From contig DYJA01000022.1 of assembly GCA_020723345.1 (NCBI GenBank), positions 29,308 through 53,307 of the forward strand: a DNA stretch of 24,000 nt, written 5' to 3'. Positions within the stretch are counted from its first letter, which is position 1, and the number at the start of each line of letters is the position of its first letter. The position numbers and the translations under genes are program-made. The notes below the pieces were generated by a model that had not been told where the DNA came from, ran no database searches, and saw nothing but the letters and a program-made list of their open reading frames with translations. Positions 23,618 through 24,000 of the stretch are shown here, piece by piece. Origin of the DNA: Candidatus Aquidulcis sp. (GTDB taxonomy: Bacteria > Chloroflexota > Anaerolineae > UBA4142).

Positions 23618-24000
23618 ATGAAACCGATTTTCACGATACACGCAGGCGAATATCTTGTAGCATCTCACCTTGAAGAAAAATTCAAAGGTCTGCAAATTTG
23701 GTTGCCTTCAAGCGATACAGGTATTGATTTACTCGTTACTAATCCAAAAGCAAGTTCCCAAAATTCAGTTCGTGCGGTTTCTTTGCAAGTAAAGTTTTCA
23801 AAAGACTTTTTGGGCAACAAAGGTGTAAGTTCTAAAATTAAGGCGGGCGGCTGGTGGACATTCAAGTATGACAAGATTGAGAAATCCCAAGCAGATTTAT
23901 GGGTTTTAGTTTTGTATCGTTTCAGCCATCGAGATTATGACTTCGTGATTATTGAGCCAAACAAATTACTTGAGCGATATAAAAGTTTAGGTAAAACTTC
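23618..24000 (+). CDS. PD-(D/E)xK nuclease-fold protein (DUF4365-like), 3'-truncated by the window edge; not in the ORF track
   Basis: My own translation from ATG 23618 is open to the window end: MKPIFTIHAGEYLVASHLEEKFKGLQIWLPSSDTGIDLLVTNPK...RAVSLQVKFSKDF...ADLWVLVLY...DFVIIEP. The pattern E...D-x-GIDLL...LQVK fits restriction-endonuclease-like cores. An in-frame stop lies at 23564-23566 upstream. Confidence 0.6.
   Translation, partial: MKPIFTIHAGEYLVASHLEEKFKGLQIWLPSSDTGIDLLVTNPKASSQNSVRAVSLQVKFSKDFLGNKGVSSKIKAGGWWTFKYDKIEKSQADLWVLVLYRFSHRDYDFVIIEPNKLLERYKSLGKT

Overview
High-GC bacterial chromosomal window. Two stretches, about 7430-8390 and 22610-24000, are visibly more AT-rich; one 60-nt sample I counted in the second was 26/60 G+C. 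Most of the content is housekeeping. It holds the 3' part of murE, a secreted HExxH protein, a 1023-aa SARP/BTAD-NB-ARC-TPR (AfsR-like STAND) regulator and mutL. A DUF218 gene plus a 566-aa PNP/AMP-nucleosidase-like gene form an operon transcribed divergently from a classical nusA-ylxR-infB-rbfA-nrnA-truB-(M19 dipeptidase)-ribF cluster. A YcxB-like membrane protein and archease-rtcB follow. Accessory content comes in two islets. After mutL lie a frameshifted toast-rack (DUF4097-like) remnant, a hicB-hicA pair and a degenerate receiver-like gene. After rtcB lies an AT-rich islet with an operator-rich leader, a repeat-containing membrane protein, a long hairpin and a PD-(D/E)xK nuclease-like gene that runs off the window. 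I saw no rRNA, tRNA or CRISPR array. The most unusual signal is not a gene. At least eleven loci are built from tandem 7-bp words, often arranged as a word array followed by its reverse-complement array, which can form a hairpin. These loci sit at stop or start codons of six gene junctions. They also lie in-frame inside murE, the SARP gene and, twice, mutL. Gene order and protein style suggest a Chloroflexota-like organism, but that is inference only. All protein-family calls rest on motif recognition by eye; no searches were run.
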